A stretch of 64,000 nucleotides of DNA from Lobosporangium transversale. Lineage: Eukaryota. Positions within the stretch are counted from its first letter, which is position 1. Every line of letters begins with the position of its first letter. Location: the NCBI RefSeq assembly GCF_002105155.1, contig NW_019028995.1, positions 682,001 through 746,000 on the forward strand, given 5' to 3'. A model generated the notes under the pieces. It saw only the letters and a list, made by a program, of their open reading frames with translations, had not been told where the DNA came from and did no database searches. Both the position numbers and the translations under genes were made by a program. Shown piece by piece: positions 62,679 to 64,000 of this stretch.

Positions 62679-64000
62679 TGTTTTGAGAACATGGCTCTAC
62701 TGAGCTTTTTTTTTTTATTTTTATTTTTTACTTCATTTTATCTTTTTGGATTGAAATCATAGCCGAAAACGCACCCGATCCCTTCACGGTGCACCACCCT
62801 CATTACATTTATACGTCCATCAATGTATTTTTTTTTTTTTTTTTAACTTTTATTTTTATTTTTTATTTTATTTTCAAAGTACCCACATCAAACTTTGCCA
62901 TGCTGTGCTTTTACTCTTTTTGAATTCCACTGTCTTAATGGCAAACCCATGGCATTCTCTGTGCTGATCATGCATGACTTTCAAGTCAGAGTCCTGCATA
63001 TAAGAGTCCAGCAAAAAAAAAAAAAAAAAAAAAAAAAATCCTGCATGCATTAGTGAAAGATCCGCGGAGTATTTGGCATACCATAACAATTGTGCCTTCT
63101 TGTCATACAGTGTTACAAGCGCATGGTTGGTCATTGCTCTCCATTCACCTTCACTGTTGCTTTTTTCTTTTCCCGCTCTTTGGGTGCATTGGGTGCATTG
63201 AGTGCATTGGGGTACAGAAGGTAGATACAGTTAATGGGTCTTTCAGGGGTGTGTGTAATCGCCATGGACCCATGGGCCACAAGATAAGGGTAGAGCCAGG
63301 AAGAAGAAGAAGGAGAGAGAGGGAGGAGGACACCAAGTTGTAAATGGGATTGCATGGTCTCACAAACATTGCAGATGTCGAAACACATCCTTTCCTTGTG
63401 TTATTGCCACTATTTTATTTTTTATTTTTTCAACGCCTTATTCGACCATTTTGATTGTTGATTCCCATGCCATACATAAAATAAACAAACACAAAACAAA
63501 CATTCTCAATCTAGTCACAAAGCACACACCCATGCATCACAACACCATCTATTGAACAAACGGTTTCTCATTTTTGCAAGGATTGTTGTCTGAACAACAA
63601 CAACAACAACAAAAAAAAAAAAAAAAAAAGAGAGAAAGGGAGGGAGGAGAAAGGGGAACGGAGGAAGGAGAGGGAAGGCATAATGGATAAATTAATCAAA
63701 CTGGCGGGAAAAGAACGTTTCCTTTCTTGAAAATGAAATTGAAATATTTTTTTTTTTACAAATGAGACGATAAATTGGATAGTCGTATTCACGTTAATGA
63801 TTTCAAATATTTCAACATTTACATAAGCTTACTAAAACAAAGAAATCAAACTACAGCTGCATTTTATTATTATAAATATTATTATTTTACAAAGCCGAAT
63901 CCTCAAGGCTTCGTCAAGCTGCAACAACCTTTGAATGTTATATACAAAGAGCATGCAACAAATATCTTAGGTACAGTCGTGTCTTTGTGTTGGATTCACC

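Overview
AT-rich fungal DNA with short GT-AG introns and very long A/T homopolymers. Gene content suggests Mortierellaceae (Mucoromycota); this is inferred, not searched. The first ~13.7 kb is a nest of three DNA transposons, each with its own 9-bp target-site duplication (TSD). Element A is a ~650-bp MULE-like non-autonomous element (1388-2775/13681, TSD aatacggat). Element B is a 729-bp MITE inside A (1448-2176, TSD ctctttggc). The third is a 10.9-kb Academ/AcademH-type transposon (2776-13672, ~597-bp near-identical TIRs, TSD gattaatcc) inserted into the last 9 bp of A. It encodes an apparently intact spliced DDE transposase, retains only a possible relic of the helicase expected from the other end, and carries three unrelated passenger genes. 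Each TIR ends exactly on the ATG of an inward-facing ORF. A tRNA-Gly(TCC) with an atypical acceptor stem lies just upstream. The rest is gene-dense host sequence: Ecl1-like protein, Chk2/Cds1-type FHA kinase, RNase H2B, a ~2000-aa NACHT-pentapeptide-WD40 NLR-like gene, TRS20, AOS1, GatC/F-like protein, Nup42/Amo1-like FG nucleoporin, SH3-SH3-ankyrin protein, CDF zinc transporter, a CBM14 gene with an in-frame TGA, NDUFB10, adjacent DPM2 and DPM3, a Ded1/Vasa-clade helicase with a 19-aa repeat tail, and a Zn2Cys6 factor. The last ~8.5 kb has no recognisable genes. All family calls come from reading motifs by eye; no database searches were run.
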